From the NCBI RefSeq assembly GCF_054902455.1, contig NZ_CM142769.1: a stretch of 32,000 bases of DNA. One strand, 5' to 3'. The translations under genes were made by a program, and so were the position numbers. Numbering within the stretch: the first letter of the stretch is position 1; every line of letters starts with the position of its first letter. The notes beneath the pieces were generated by a model. That model saw nothing but the letters and a program-made list of their open reading frames with translations, was not told where the DNA came from and ran no database searches. Shown here piece after piece: positions 11,100 through 19,615 of the stretch.

Positions 11100-12002
11100 A
11101 TGGCTTATCAATCGCAAGATATCATTCGTCGTTCCGCGACTAACGGTCTGACCCCCGCGCCTCAGGCGCGGGACTTCCAGGAAGAAGTGGCGAAACTCAT
11201 CGACGTCACCACCTGTATCGGCTGTAAAGCCTGTCAGGTGGCGTGTTCAGAGTGGAACGACATTCGCGATACCGTCGGCAATAACATTGGGGTGTACGAC
11301 AACCCCAATGATTTAAGTGCCAAATCGTGGACGGTGATGCGCTTCTCGGAAGTGGAACAGAACGACAAACTGGAATGGCTGATCCGCAAAGACGGCTGTA
11401 TGCACTGTTCCGATCCAGGCTGCCTGAAAGCGTGCCCGGCGGAAGGAGCAATTATTCAGTATGCCAACGGTATCGTCGACTTCCAGTCCGAGCAGTGCAT
11501 CGGCTGCGGTTATTGCATTGCGGGCTGTCCGTTCGACATTCCGCGCCTCAACCCGGAAGACAACCGCGTCTACAAATGTACGCTGTGCGTTGACCGCGTG
11601 GTGGTTGGGCAAGAACCGGCCTGCGTGAAGACCTGCCCAACGGGCGCGATTCACTTCGGTACGAAAGAGTCGATGAAAACGCTGGCGAGCGAGCGCGTGG
11701 CGGAGCTGAAAACTCGCGGTTACGACAATGCGGGTCTGTACGATCCGGCAGGCGTTGGTGGTACACACGTTATGTACGTGCTGCACCATGCTGACAAGCC
11801 AAATCTGTATCATGGCTTGCCGGAGAACCCGGAAATCAGCGAAACCGTGAAATTCTGGAAAGGCATCTGGAAACCGCTCGCAGCTGTTGGCTTTGCGGCT
11901 ACCTTCGCGGCCAGTATCTTCCACTACGTGGGTGTCGGTCCGAACCGTGCGGATGAGGAAGAGAATAATCTGCACGAAGAGAAAGACGAGGAGCGCAAAT
12001 GA
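11100..12002 (+). CDS. fdoH: Formate dehydrogenase-O iron-sulfur (beta) subunit
   Basis: Multiple 4Fe-4S cysteine clusters ([66 protein letters not shown]) and C-terminal membrane anchor. Confidence 0.97.
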
Positions 12003-12634
12003 AACGACGTGACACCATCGTGCGCTACACCGCGCCGGAACGTATCAACCACTGGATCACCGCCTTCTGCTTCATCCTGGCGGCGGTGAGCGGGCTTGGC
12101 TTTTTGTTCCCGTCCTTCAACTGGTTGATGCAAATCATGGGCACACCGCAGCTGGCGCGAATTCTGCACCCGTTTGTCGGCGTGGTTATGTTTGCCTCGT
12201 TCATCATCATGTTTTTCCGTTACTGGCATCACAACCTAATCAATCGGGATGATATCTTTTGGGCGAAGAATATTCGTAAGATCGTCGTCAACGAGGAAGT
12301 AGGTGACACCGGGCGTTATAACTTCGGTCAGAAATGCGTTTTCTGGGCGGCGATTATTTTCCTGGTTCTGCTGCTGGTGAGCGGCGTGATTATCTGGCGT
12401 CCTTATTTTGCGCCTGCTTTCTCAATCCCGGTGATCCGATTCGCGTTAATGCTGCATTCATTTGCCGCAGTGGCGTTAATTGTGGTTATCATGGTGCATA
12501 TCTACGCCGCCCTTTGGGTGAAAGGCACGATTACCGCCATGGTGGAAGGATGGGTTACCAGCGCCTGGGCGAAGAAACATCACCCGCGCTGGTACCGTGA
12601 GGTCCGCAAGACAACGGAAAAGAAAGCTGAATGA
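11999..12634 (+). CDS. fdoI: Formate dehydrogenase-O cytochrome b556 (gamma) subunit
   Basis: 211-aa four-TM protein with [11 protein letters not shown]; overlaps fdoH by ATGA. Confidence 0.96.
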
Positions 12635-13560
12635 GTATTCGCATAATCCCGCAAGATGAGCTGGGTTCGAGCGAGAAACGTACGGCGGATATGATTCCGC
12701 CGTTATTGTTCCCTCGGCTCAAGAATTTATACCACCGCCGCGCCGAGCGTCTGCGCGAGCTGGCAGAAAATAATCCGCTGGGTGATTACCTGCGCTTTGC
12801 TGCGCTTATCGCCCACGCCCAGGAAGTGGTGCTGTACGACCATCCGCTGGAGATGGATCTGACTGCACGAATTAAAGAAGCCAGCGCACAAGGCAAGCCC
12901 CCGCTGGATATTCACGTTCTGCCGCGTGATAAGCACTGGCAAAAGCTGCTGATGGCGCTAATTGCTGAGCTTAAACCTGAAATGAGCGGCCCGGCGCTGG
13001 CAGTGATTGAGAATCTGGAGAAGGCATCAACTCAGGAGCTGGAAGATATGGCCAGCGCACTGTTTGCCTCTGATTTCTCATCCGTCAGTAGCGATAAAGC
13101 GCCGTTTATCTGGGCTGCACTGTCGCTCTACTGGGCGCAGATGGCCAATCTGATCCCCGGCAAAGCCCGCGCTGAATACGGCGAACAACGTCAATATTGC
13201 CCGGTATGTGGCTCTATGCCGGTGTCCAGCATGGTGCAAATTGGCACCACTCAGGGGCTGCGTTACCTGCACTGCAACCTGTGTGAAACCGAATGGCACG
13301 TAGTGCGCGTAAAATGCAGCAACTGCGAGCAGAGCGGCAAACTGCATTACTGGTCGCTGGATGACGAACAGGCCGCGATTAAAGCCGAAAGCTGCGATGA
13401 CTGCGGCACTTACCTGAAGATTCTTTATCAGGAAAAAGAACCGAAAGTTGAAGCCGTGGCAGATGACCTCGCCTCTCTGGTACTGGACGCGCGAATGGAG
13501 CAAGAAGGCTACGCCCGCAGTTCCATCAACCCGTTCCTGTTTCCGGGTGAAGGAGAGTAA
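12631..13560 (+). CDS. fdhE: Formate dehydrogenase formation protein FdhE
   Basis: 309 aa; rubredoxin-like CxxC pairs (CPVCGS, CNLCE, CSNCEQ, CDDCGT). Confidence 0.96.
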   Translation: MSIRIIPQDELGSSEKRTADMIPPLLFPRLKNLYHRRAERLRELAENNPLGDYLRFAALIAHAQEVVLYDHPLEMDLTARIKEASAQGKPPLDIHVLPRDKHWQKLLMALIAELKPEMSGPALAVIENLEKASTQELEDMASALFASDFSSVSSDKAPFIWAALSLYWAQMANLIPGKARAEYGEQRQYCPVCGSMPVSSMVQIGTTQGLRYLHCNLCETEWHVVRVKCSNCEQSGKLHYWSLDDEQAAIKAESCDDCGTYLKILYQEKEPKVEAVADDLASLVLDARMEQEGYARSSINPFLFPGEGE

Positions 13561-13596
13561 TCTCTGACGTTTTCCGGGTGGCGCAGGTCGCCCGGA

Positions 13597-13744
13597 TTAC
13601 AGTTCATAGGGTGTGACGACACCATCTCTCTTATTCCGCGTTACCACCTCAAGCTATGCTGCCAGTGCCTGTTTTGCCTCAATTTTCACACTGAACAAAT
13701 CGATAACAATATCGATATCAAATAGCCAAATCTTTTTGCCATTA
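13597..13744 (-). pseudogene. Degenerate PIN-domain (VapC-like) toxin remnant downstream of yiiF
   Basis: Minus strand gives KKIWLFDIDIVIDLFSVKIEAKQALAA-stop, then in the neighbouring stretch EVVTRNKRDGVVTPYEL-stop. These match typical N- and C-terminal PIN motifs, with the core missing. Confidence 0.55.
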
Positions 13745-13960
13745 CCATTCCTCGCGCAGCTTACGCTGGTATTCGACACCATCTTCCTCACTCCCTTGCC
13801 AGATGCCAAAAGCACTGGCTCTTGCTGTTTGCGATTGATTTACCAGGTATTGATCTACCGCTTCCCGTAATAGCTCCGCACGAGGAAGATTACGCTGCAC
13901 CTCGAGATCATCAAGTTGCTTAAACAACTCATTCGATAAATTGAGTAAAATTCTGCCCAT
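13742..13960 (-). CDS. yiiF: Ribbon-helix-helix protein YiiF (probable start MGRILLNL; track ORF extends to 13984)
   Basis: RHH pattern [41 protein letters not shown]. Confidence 0.8.
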   Translation of the reverse strand: MGRILLNLSNELFKQLDDLEVQRNLPRAELLREAVDQYLVNQSQTARASAFGIWQGSEEDGVEYQRKLREEW

Positions 13961-14202
13961 ATCTATACCTGCCAGAGAGTTCATAAATATCTCGCCAATA
14001 TCATTTTTGAATCTATGGAGAGAAAAGTACCCTTGCCGAATCTTTAAAGAAAGCGCATTTACGCATCATTTTTTATTTTTGCGAGGCGTTTTCCAGATAT
14101 GATGTAACAGTTGCAGTTATTATAAGTTCAAGTAAAACAGCCTTGTATTAATACCAGAATAAGGGCATCTGTTTTTTTATATTCAAGAATGAAAAATTTT
14201 TG

Positions 14203-14421
14203 TCATTCCTTATGCTCCTTACACTGATCATCAACACCAACTACCTCCCCCTTTTGCCTGCCTCCCTTTGCTTTACGCACCGGGAATTGCTGACGCTCCA
14301 GATATTGCTCTACCGCTTCGCGTAAAATTGCAGATCGTGAAACCTTACGCCAGCCCCGAAGCTTGTTCAGCCGTTTAATTGCCTCTTCTGATAAATGAAG
14401 AAAAACCGTATTCATCGCCAT
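14203..14421 (-). CDS. yiiE: Ribbon-helix-helix protein YiiE
   Basis: MAMNTVFLHLSEEAIKRLNKLRGWRKVSRSAILREAVEQYLERQ; clear paralogue of the yiiF product. Confidence 0.8.
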   Translation of the reverse strand: MAMNTVFLHLSEEAIKRLNKLRGWRKVSRSAILREAVEQYLERQQFPVRKAKGGRQKGEVVGVDDQCKEHKE

Positions 14422-14839
14422 TACCACCACCTTACATATATTACTCATTAATGTATGTGCGAAAATTACGCCGGAAAATCATTTAAAAAAAGCGGATTTT
14501 TGCATGTCGTTTTGTTTTTGCGAGACGGCATCCAAAGATAATGTAACAGTTGCAGTTATTTCAATTGTTACTCAAAAATGGTTTAGTAATAACCCAGGAT
14601 GGTTTATTACTTTTAATTAAGCGGGGACACATCTACAGAAAAGAAACAACAAATAATAAGGATGAATTATGGGTGCTATAAATATTTTATATTCAAGAAT
14701 ATTTTTTTGATTGGGTGTTCATTTGCTTCATCAGGATGGTGTACCCGAAAAAGTCAGCAGCTTTACCGCACCAGGGTTTAAGGTGAAATCTACCATTCAT
14801 AACTGACCGGTCAGTGCCGCACCAACCGGTCTTTAATTG

Positions 14840-15118
14840 TTAGTAGTAGTAAATTTGTGGATAACAGTCCGGGAACCAGACGATTCCTTCTGGATCATCC
14901 CCCTGCATTACCCGATGACATTGGCGTCGATCATCTGCGCGACGGCGAAGCGTAGTATAGAGCCGCTTCCATTCATGATCGCCCGGTGTACTGTAGTTTA
15001 CCCAACAATCCATTGAAGGGTGACGCCATTTACCTGTAAGTGTTGGGATCCCTGAATGATTATGTGGCTTCGCTTTACCATTACGATCCCTATCTTTACG
15101 CGTATTAAGCGTGGACAT
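14840..15118 (-). CDS. Small basic hypothetical protein
   Basis: 92-aa ORF, Arg/His rich (TLRRRADDRRQCHRVMQ); no recognised family. Confidence 0.35.
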   Translation of the reverse strand: MSTLNTRKDRDRNGKAKPHNHSGIPTLTGKWRHPSMDCWVNYSTPGDHEWKRLYTTLRRRADDRRQCHRVMQGDDPEGIVWFPDCYPQIYYY

Positions 15119-15179
15119 TTTTAGTCTCCTGTTAAGAGTTCTAAAAATGTGCTTCCTTAAAATAGTTCATCATTTTCCC

Positions 15180-15392
15180 TTAATTCGCATAGCGTGCTTT
15201 TGCACGAATTTCCGATACGCGGGGACCATTATGATAGCGTCGATGCCCACACATCCAACAAGAACAAATACAGGGAGTACGAAAGCAAATACCTGATGCT
15301 TTTTTGCTTCCATCGCCTGCAGTGCGATAACGGCAGCGGATTTTTTTTAATCGCGCCATATGATGGCGACGTTCAGCACGATTACGGGTCAT
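15180..15392 (-). CDS. Small Arg-rich CSCxxCG hypothetical protein
   Basis: 70-aa ORF starting MTRNRAERRHHMARLKKIRCRY with CICSCWMCGHRR and tail SEIRAKARYAN, characteristic of a small conserved family seen in accessory regions (recognised from memory). Confidence 0.55.
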   Translation of the reverse strand: MTRNRAERRHHMARLKKIRCRYRTAGDGSKKASGICFRTPCICSCWMCGHRRYHNGPRVSEIRAKARYAN

Positions 15393-15398
15393 AGTAAA

Positions 15399-15503
15399 AC
15401 TCCTGAGCAGGCGGCACTATGCCGCTTTCATAGGAGTTCTGAATGCTGGTGCTTTCTGTATGGCATAACCATGCCTCTAACGGTTAAGTGCCTGCAGCAC
15501 ATG
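15399..15503. repeat. Direct repeat copy A (~100 bp), partner at 17218-17318
   Basis: ACTCCTGAGCAGGCGGCACTATGCCGCTTTCATAGGAGTTCTGAATGCTGGTGCTTTCTGTATGGC...GTTAAGTGCCTGCAGCACAT; near-identical to 17218 onward. Confidence 0.85.
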
Positions 15504-15767
15504 TTGCGGATCATTGGCAATCGCTCGCAGCAAAGCCTTTGCAGGCCCAGTCGGTGAACGTCGCCCCTGCTCCCAGTTACGCAACGTGTCTACGCTTACG
15601 GAAATAAGTTCGGCAAATTTAGATTGTGACAACCCTGAAGCGCGGCGTATTTCTTTGATTTTCATAGCATCAACTTCAAAAGTCCGTGAAGGCTGTCGCG
15701 TTCCTTCAATAATTTCATTCATCTGGGCCATGCTGTGAGTCAACCGCTCAAAAAGTGCCTTATCCAT
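15477..15767 (-). CDS. XRE-family helix-turn-helix antitoxin, HigA/NadS-like
   Basis: 96 aa; HTH IKEIRRASGLSQSKFAELISVSVDTLRNWEQGRRSPTGPAKALLRAI; immediately downstream of the RelE/HigB-like frame. Confidence 0.85.
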   Translation of the reverse strand: MDKALFERLTHSMAQMNEIIEGTRQPSRTFEVDAMKIKEIRRASGLSQSKFAELISVSVDTLRNWEQGRRSPTGPAKALLRAIANDPQHVLQALNR

Positions 15768-16081
15768 TTACCACCTCGTATTTAACAACCGGAGCATTGC
15801 TTTTTCCTGGGGAGACAGATCATCTTTAAAATACCCTTACGATAAATAAGCAGTAATCTGATCTCATAATGTTTAACCTGATGAAAGTAAATAACCCTGA
15901 CACCAGCACGTTTCCCCTTTCCTCCTGACACCCATCGAACCTTTCTTAACCCACCAGTTTCAGGTATTACCTCACCATAGTCAGGATTCAAGGCCAGGAA
16001 AAACTGAAAACGACTGAATTCATCGTCGGTCAGCAGTTTTTGAACATCTTCAGTAAAAATTTCCGTTTCGATGAAGAGCAT
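15768..16081 (-). pseudogene. RelE/HigB-like toxin with C-terminal frameshift (track ORF 15782..16081)
   Basis: MLFIETEIFTEDVQKLLTDDEFSRFQFFL...GLRKVRW...KRAGVRVIYFHQ...LLLIYRKG. The expected C-terminus DDLSPQEKAMLRLLNTRW* is present in the adjacent frame and ends directly before the antitoxin ATG. Confidence 0.75.
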
Positions 16082-16297
16082 AATTATACGCCATTGGCTT
16101 AGAGTAACAATCCTTTTTGTACGTCATTGACGTACCCTTGAAACCACTAGCTTACTGATAGTGCTCCAGCAAAACCACGTCTCTGCCGGGTTTGTCTTTA
16201 CATTTGCGAGGCGCTTTCCAGATTTTTCACGCCCGTGAATTTCCCTGTATCCATCCAGCAAAAACGGGTGTATAAAACTGTACATTCATACAGCAAA

Positions 16298-17218
16298 ATG
16301 AGTTCTACTATGGCACTGGAAAAAGGAATTGCAGAGTTAGTCGAAGAGTTTATCGCTGCGGGTCGCCCCTCATCGCGTCAACAAAGTATTGCGCAGCGCA
16401 GGGAGGGCTATATCGCCAGCGCTGTCCTTGCGGGTGAGACAGAAACGCGGGTAGATATTCAGACTATCGAACTTGAAGGGATGATCTTACGAATAGTGTC
16501 ACCGCTGAATGCCCCGACATTACTCCCGACGATAATTTATTACTACGGTGGCTGTTTTGTTAGCGGCGGGTTCGCAACTCACGACAACCAGCTGCGCCAG
16601 TTAGCCTATTACGGGCAATGTCGGGTTATTGCCGTCCAGTATCGGCTGGCACCGGAACAGACTTTCCCCGCCGCCCATGATGATGCGCAACGAGGTGCAG
16701 AATTAGTCTGGCAACACGCCGAACGACTCGGCGTTGATAAACAACGGATAACTCTTGCCGGTGACAGTGCGGGCGGACATCTGGCGCTGGTAACTGCTTT
16801 GCGATTAAAGCGTGCTGGCGAGTGGCAACCGGCACAACTCATCTTAATTTATCCCATGCTTGATGCGACTGCGCATTTCGAAAGCTACATACGCAATGGT
16901 CACGATTACATCATCACACGCGACACTTTACTGAGCGGCTTTGAGATGTATCTGCCAGGCATTGAACGCAGGCATCCTGAAGCCAGCCCTCTTTGGCGCG
17001 ATGATTTCAATGGCTTGCCACCTGTACATATCATTACCGCTGAATACGACCCACTTTGCGATGAAGGTGAAGCGTTGTATCACCGCATGACAGGGCAAGG
17101 AGTGCAATGCACCTGCCAACGCTACCTTGGCGTTATCCACGGATTTTTTCAGTTAGGTGGTATCAGTGAGGCTGCGCGATCGGCGCTGCGGGATGTGGCC
17201 TGGAGAGCGGGAAGGTAA
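16298..17218 (+). CDS. Alpha/beta hydrolase, HSL/acetyl-esterase family (start uncertain, 16298 or 16310)
   Basis: Oxyanion motif IIYYYGGCFVSGG, YRLAPEQTFPAAHDD, nucleophile elbow LAGDSAGGHLAL, TAEYDPLCDEGE, IHGFFQL catalytic His. Confidence 0.88.
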   Translation: MSSTMALEKGIAELVEEFIAAGRPSSRQQSIAQRREGYIASAVLAGETETRVDIQTIELEGMILRIVSPLNAPTLLPTIIYYYGGCFVSGGFATHDNQLRQLAYYGQCRVIAVQYRLAPEQTFPAAHDDAQRGAELVWQHAERLGVDKQRITLAGDSAGGHLALVTALRLKRAGEWQPAQLILIYPMLDATAHFESYIRNGHDYIITRDTLLSGFEMYLPGIERRHPEASPLWRDDFNGLPPVHIITAEYDPLCDEGEALYHRMTGQGVQCTCQRYLGVIHGFFQLGGISEAARSALRDVAWRAGR

Positions 17219-17318
17219 CTCCTGAGCAGCGGCACTATGCCGCTTTCACAGGAGTTCTGAATGCTGGTGCTTTCTGTATGGCTTCGCCATGCCCCTCGCG
17301 GCTAAGTGCCTGCGCACA
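17218..17318. repeat. Direct repeat copy B (~100 bp)
   Basis: ACTCCTGAGCAGCGGCACTATGCCGCTTTCACAGGAGTTCTGAATGCTGGTGCTTTCTGTATGGC...GCTAAGTGCCTGCGCACAT; starts at the last base of the hydrolase ORF. Confidence 0.85.
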
Positions 17319-17385
17319 TCTCTCTTTGTATGTCATTTTTGCAATGCATTGGCCGAATTCTGGTAATTCTAATGAGTTTTACTCT

Positions 17386-19200
17386 TCAGACTCCCATCCC
17401 TACGGTATACGAGCTAGATTCATGAATGAAATCGACATTTTTAAAAAACGAATCTTGTAAAACATCCGTGTTGATATTACCTTGCAACCCAACATTAAAT
17501 TTGTTAGAGAGATGAAGAACTCGAATATCAAAAAGGTCTTTTAACATCATTAATTCTTTGGCTGTTAATGAATCGCAACTAAAATATCCCTGTTGATCAA
17601 AAAGCTTTTCTATTTCTCTACCATCGGCGAGGCGTTTTTCAAGGAGTGTTTGCAACATCGAGTTGCCAAGGACAATGGATATCGTGCGATCTTTCGCAGA
17701 TTTACACCCCATCACAACGGCAACATTCGTATCCCCCTCAGGAGCTTCATTTATCGCCGTCGCTAAAATGGTGGTCAAACACGCAAACGGAACTGTATTT
17801 CTTTCGTGATTTAATTTATCTACCAGTTCATTCCATTTATCAAAAGCCGGGCTATATTTGTTGCGCACAGTAATATCCGATTGGTTAAACAATTCAGCCA
17901 TGCGATTTTTTATCATCTCGATATCCGGCGAACCAGAAAGACTTTGCGCATAATACGGTCCTGATGATGTTGCATACATTAAAGCCGAGCCCACACCTGT
18001 CGCCATGATGGGCGCAGCCACGGTTTTGGCAAGGGCGACGCTGCGATGGCTATGCGCTTCACAGGCTAAAGGAACATACTCCACTAGCTGCGGTAATTCC
18101 TTACATGCCTCCCTCATCGTTGCGGTATGCTTTACAAACAACGGTTTTTCACTGCCCAAAAAAACCTTCTGCTTAATTGCACTAAGAAAACGTAAATCCA
18201 AAATGATTGTTTTTGGTTTATTATTTTTTGGCACATTTCCTATTATCCCGCTAAGAACCTTCCTTGCTGCATGGAGATTTTTTTGCACAGCACATAACAC
18301 AATTGACGAAGCCTTCTCTACTGCATTATTGATTTTAATTTTAAAATCTGCATGATATACGTTGACGGGCAATGCAAGTATATCTTCCCCTACATCTTTG
18401 GCTGAGTATTTATTTGTGATCGACGGTCGTGAATCCACGAGAAAACTTAGCTGCAAATTATGCTCTATATTACCAGCTGTTTTTGTAGTGTGATTAAACA
18501 TAGAGATGCCACCTCTCATTCTTTCACACATATCCTCAACTTTTTCACTTCGTTCTTGAGGCAATTTGGCTTTAACGTTAATTTGATGATTTTTACCCGT
18601 GCATTCCTTAACTACAAGAGGAATGTTATCTAAAGTGCCATACAGGCTAATAACGTCACCAGGATTTTTATCATGTAAGTAAGTTTGATTAATACTCGAA
18701 GCATTCACAAAGAGGTCAATATTATAACTGTTTATAACTTCACCTACATCAAATGTGTAGTGCTTACTCTGGAGGCTGCCATCCTTGTTTAATTGTATAT
18801 CAATCAATATATCCCCGGACTTTGTCACCATATCTTTGCCATAAACCATTTGCATAGCCATTTCGAGGAGATTTTTATCTAACTGATTGCGGGCGTTGAG
18901 TAAGCGACTACCAAATAATTTATATACTGTTCCCGTCATTGCCAGCGCTGCACTTTCTGGTACTTTGCGTTTCCACAGTGAGGTTTCTTTATTTTTAAAC
19001 AGGTCATATTTATTATTACTCGACAACCCGAGTTTAAGTTCGTTAACACAATCGCAAAGTTGCTCCTCACCTTCCATTTTAAGGCGATGTGAAAAATCAT
19101 TTAATAGCGTTTGCTTCGGTGATTCATTACTCATTAGCTGTTTTTCTAAATTAACAATAGAATAACTTTCTTGTTTAATGAGATTAATATTGGCAACCAT
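17386..19200 (-). CDS. SopB/IpgD-like inositol phosphate / phosphoinositide phosphatase effector-like protein (track ORF start 19239; likely start MVANINLIKQ)
   Basis: About 600 aa; CX5R active-site motif NVAVVMGCKSAKDRTISIVLG, matching the SopB/IpgD CKSGKDRT and INPP4 CKSAKDRT signatures; low-GC gene. Confidence 0.75.
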   Translation of the reverse strand: MVANINLIKQESYSIVNLEKQLMSNESPKQTLLNDFSHRLKMEGEEQLCDCVNELKLGLSSNNKYDLFKNKETSLWKRKVPESAALAMTGTVYKLFGSRLLNARNQLDKNLLEMAMQMVYGKDMVTKSGDILIDIQLNKDGSLQSKHYTFDVGEVINSYNIDLFVNASSINQTYLHDKNPGDVISLYGTLDNIPLVVKECTGKNHQINVKAKLPQERSEKVEDMCERMRGGISMFNHTTKTAGNIEHNLQLSFLVDSRPSITNKYSAKDVGEDILALPVNVYHADFKIKINNAVEKASSIVLCAVQKNLHAARKVLSGIIGNVPKNNKPKTIILDLRFLSAIKQKVFLGSEKPLFVKHTATMREACKELPQLVEYVPLACEAHSHRSVALAKTVAAPIMATGVGSALMYATSSGPYYAQSLSGSPDIEMIKNRMAELFNQSDITVRNKYSPAFDKWNELVDKLNHERNTVPFACLTTILATAINEAPEGDTNVAVVMGCKSAKDRTISIVLGNSMLQTLLEKRLADGREIEKLFDQQGYFSCDSLTAKELMMLKDLFDIRVLHLSNKFNVGLQGNINTDVLQDSFFKNVDFIHESSSYTVGMGV

Positions 19201-19615
19201 TACAGCCTCCTTCCCACGGTTTAAGAGCAAACATGCCACATAATTATTTACAACATCCAGAAGCAGTAAATGAATGATACTGACAATGACGCCAGCCCAT
19301 TATCTTTGCATAATGTTTGTTAGCTATAGACTTTAAAAATATTTATGAGAAAAGTATGGCACCAGAGAGGGTTTTGACTATCAAAAATCGCTCAAATCTG
19401 AACTAATATTATGAATTAAGCATTATCGGCGATAATAGCCACTCAGCTCTACAAATAATATTTAAATGCTCCTGAACAGTGATGTAGCAAGACACGTATG
19501 GTGCCAACGAAGAATAAAAATTTATAGAGTTCTTATTCAATATAACCGGAATAGTCAGAGGCTAATGTAAATGACCTGAATGAGTGAGAGAGGCAACACC
19601 GCCCCTCTCCATCAG

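Noticed and set aside
11313-11975. 220-aa minus-strand ORF opposite fdoH
   Set aside because: Antisense to a strongly supported Fe-S subunit gene; low-complexity translation without motifs.
14188-14210. GAATGAAAAATTTTTGTCATTC inverted repeat considered as an operator
   Set aside because: Located at the 3' end of yiiE and better explained as a simple terminator-type hairpin.
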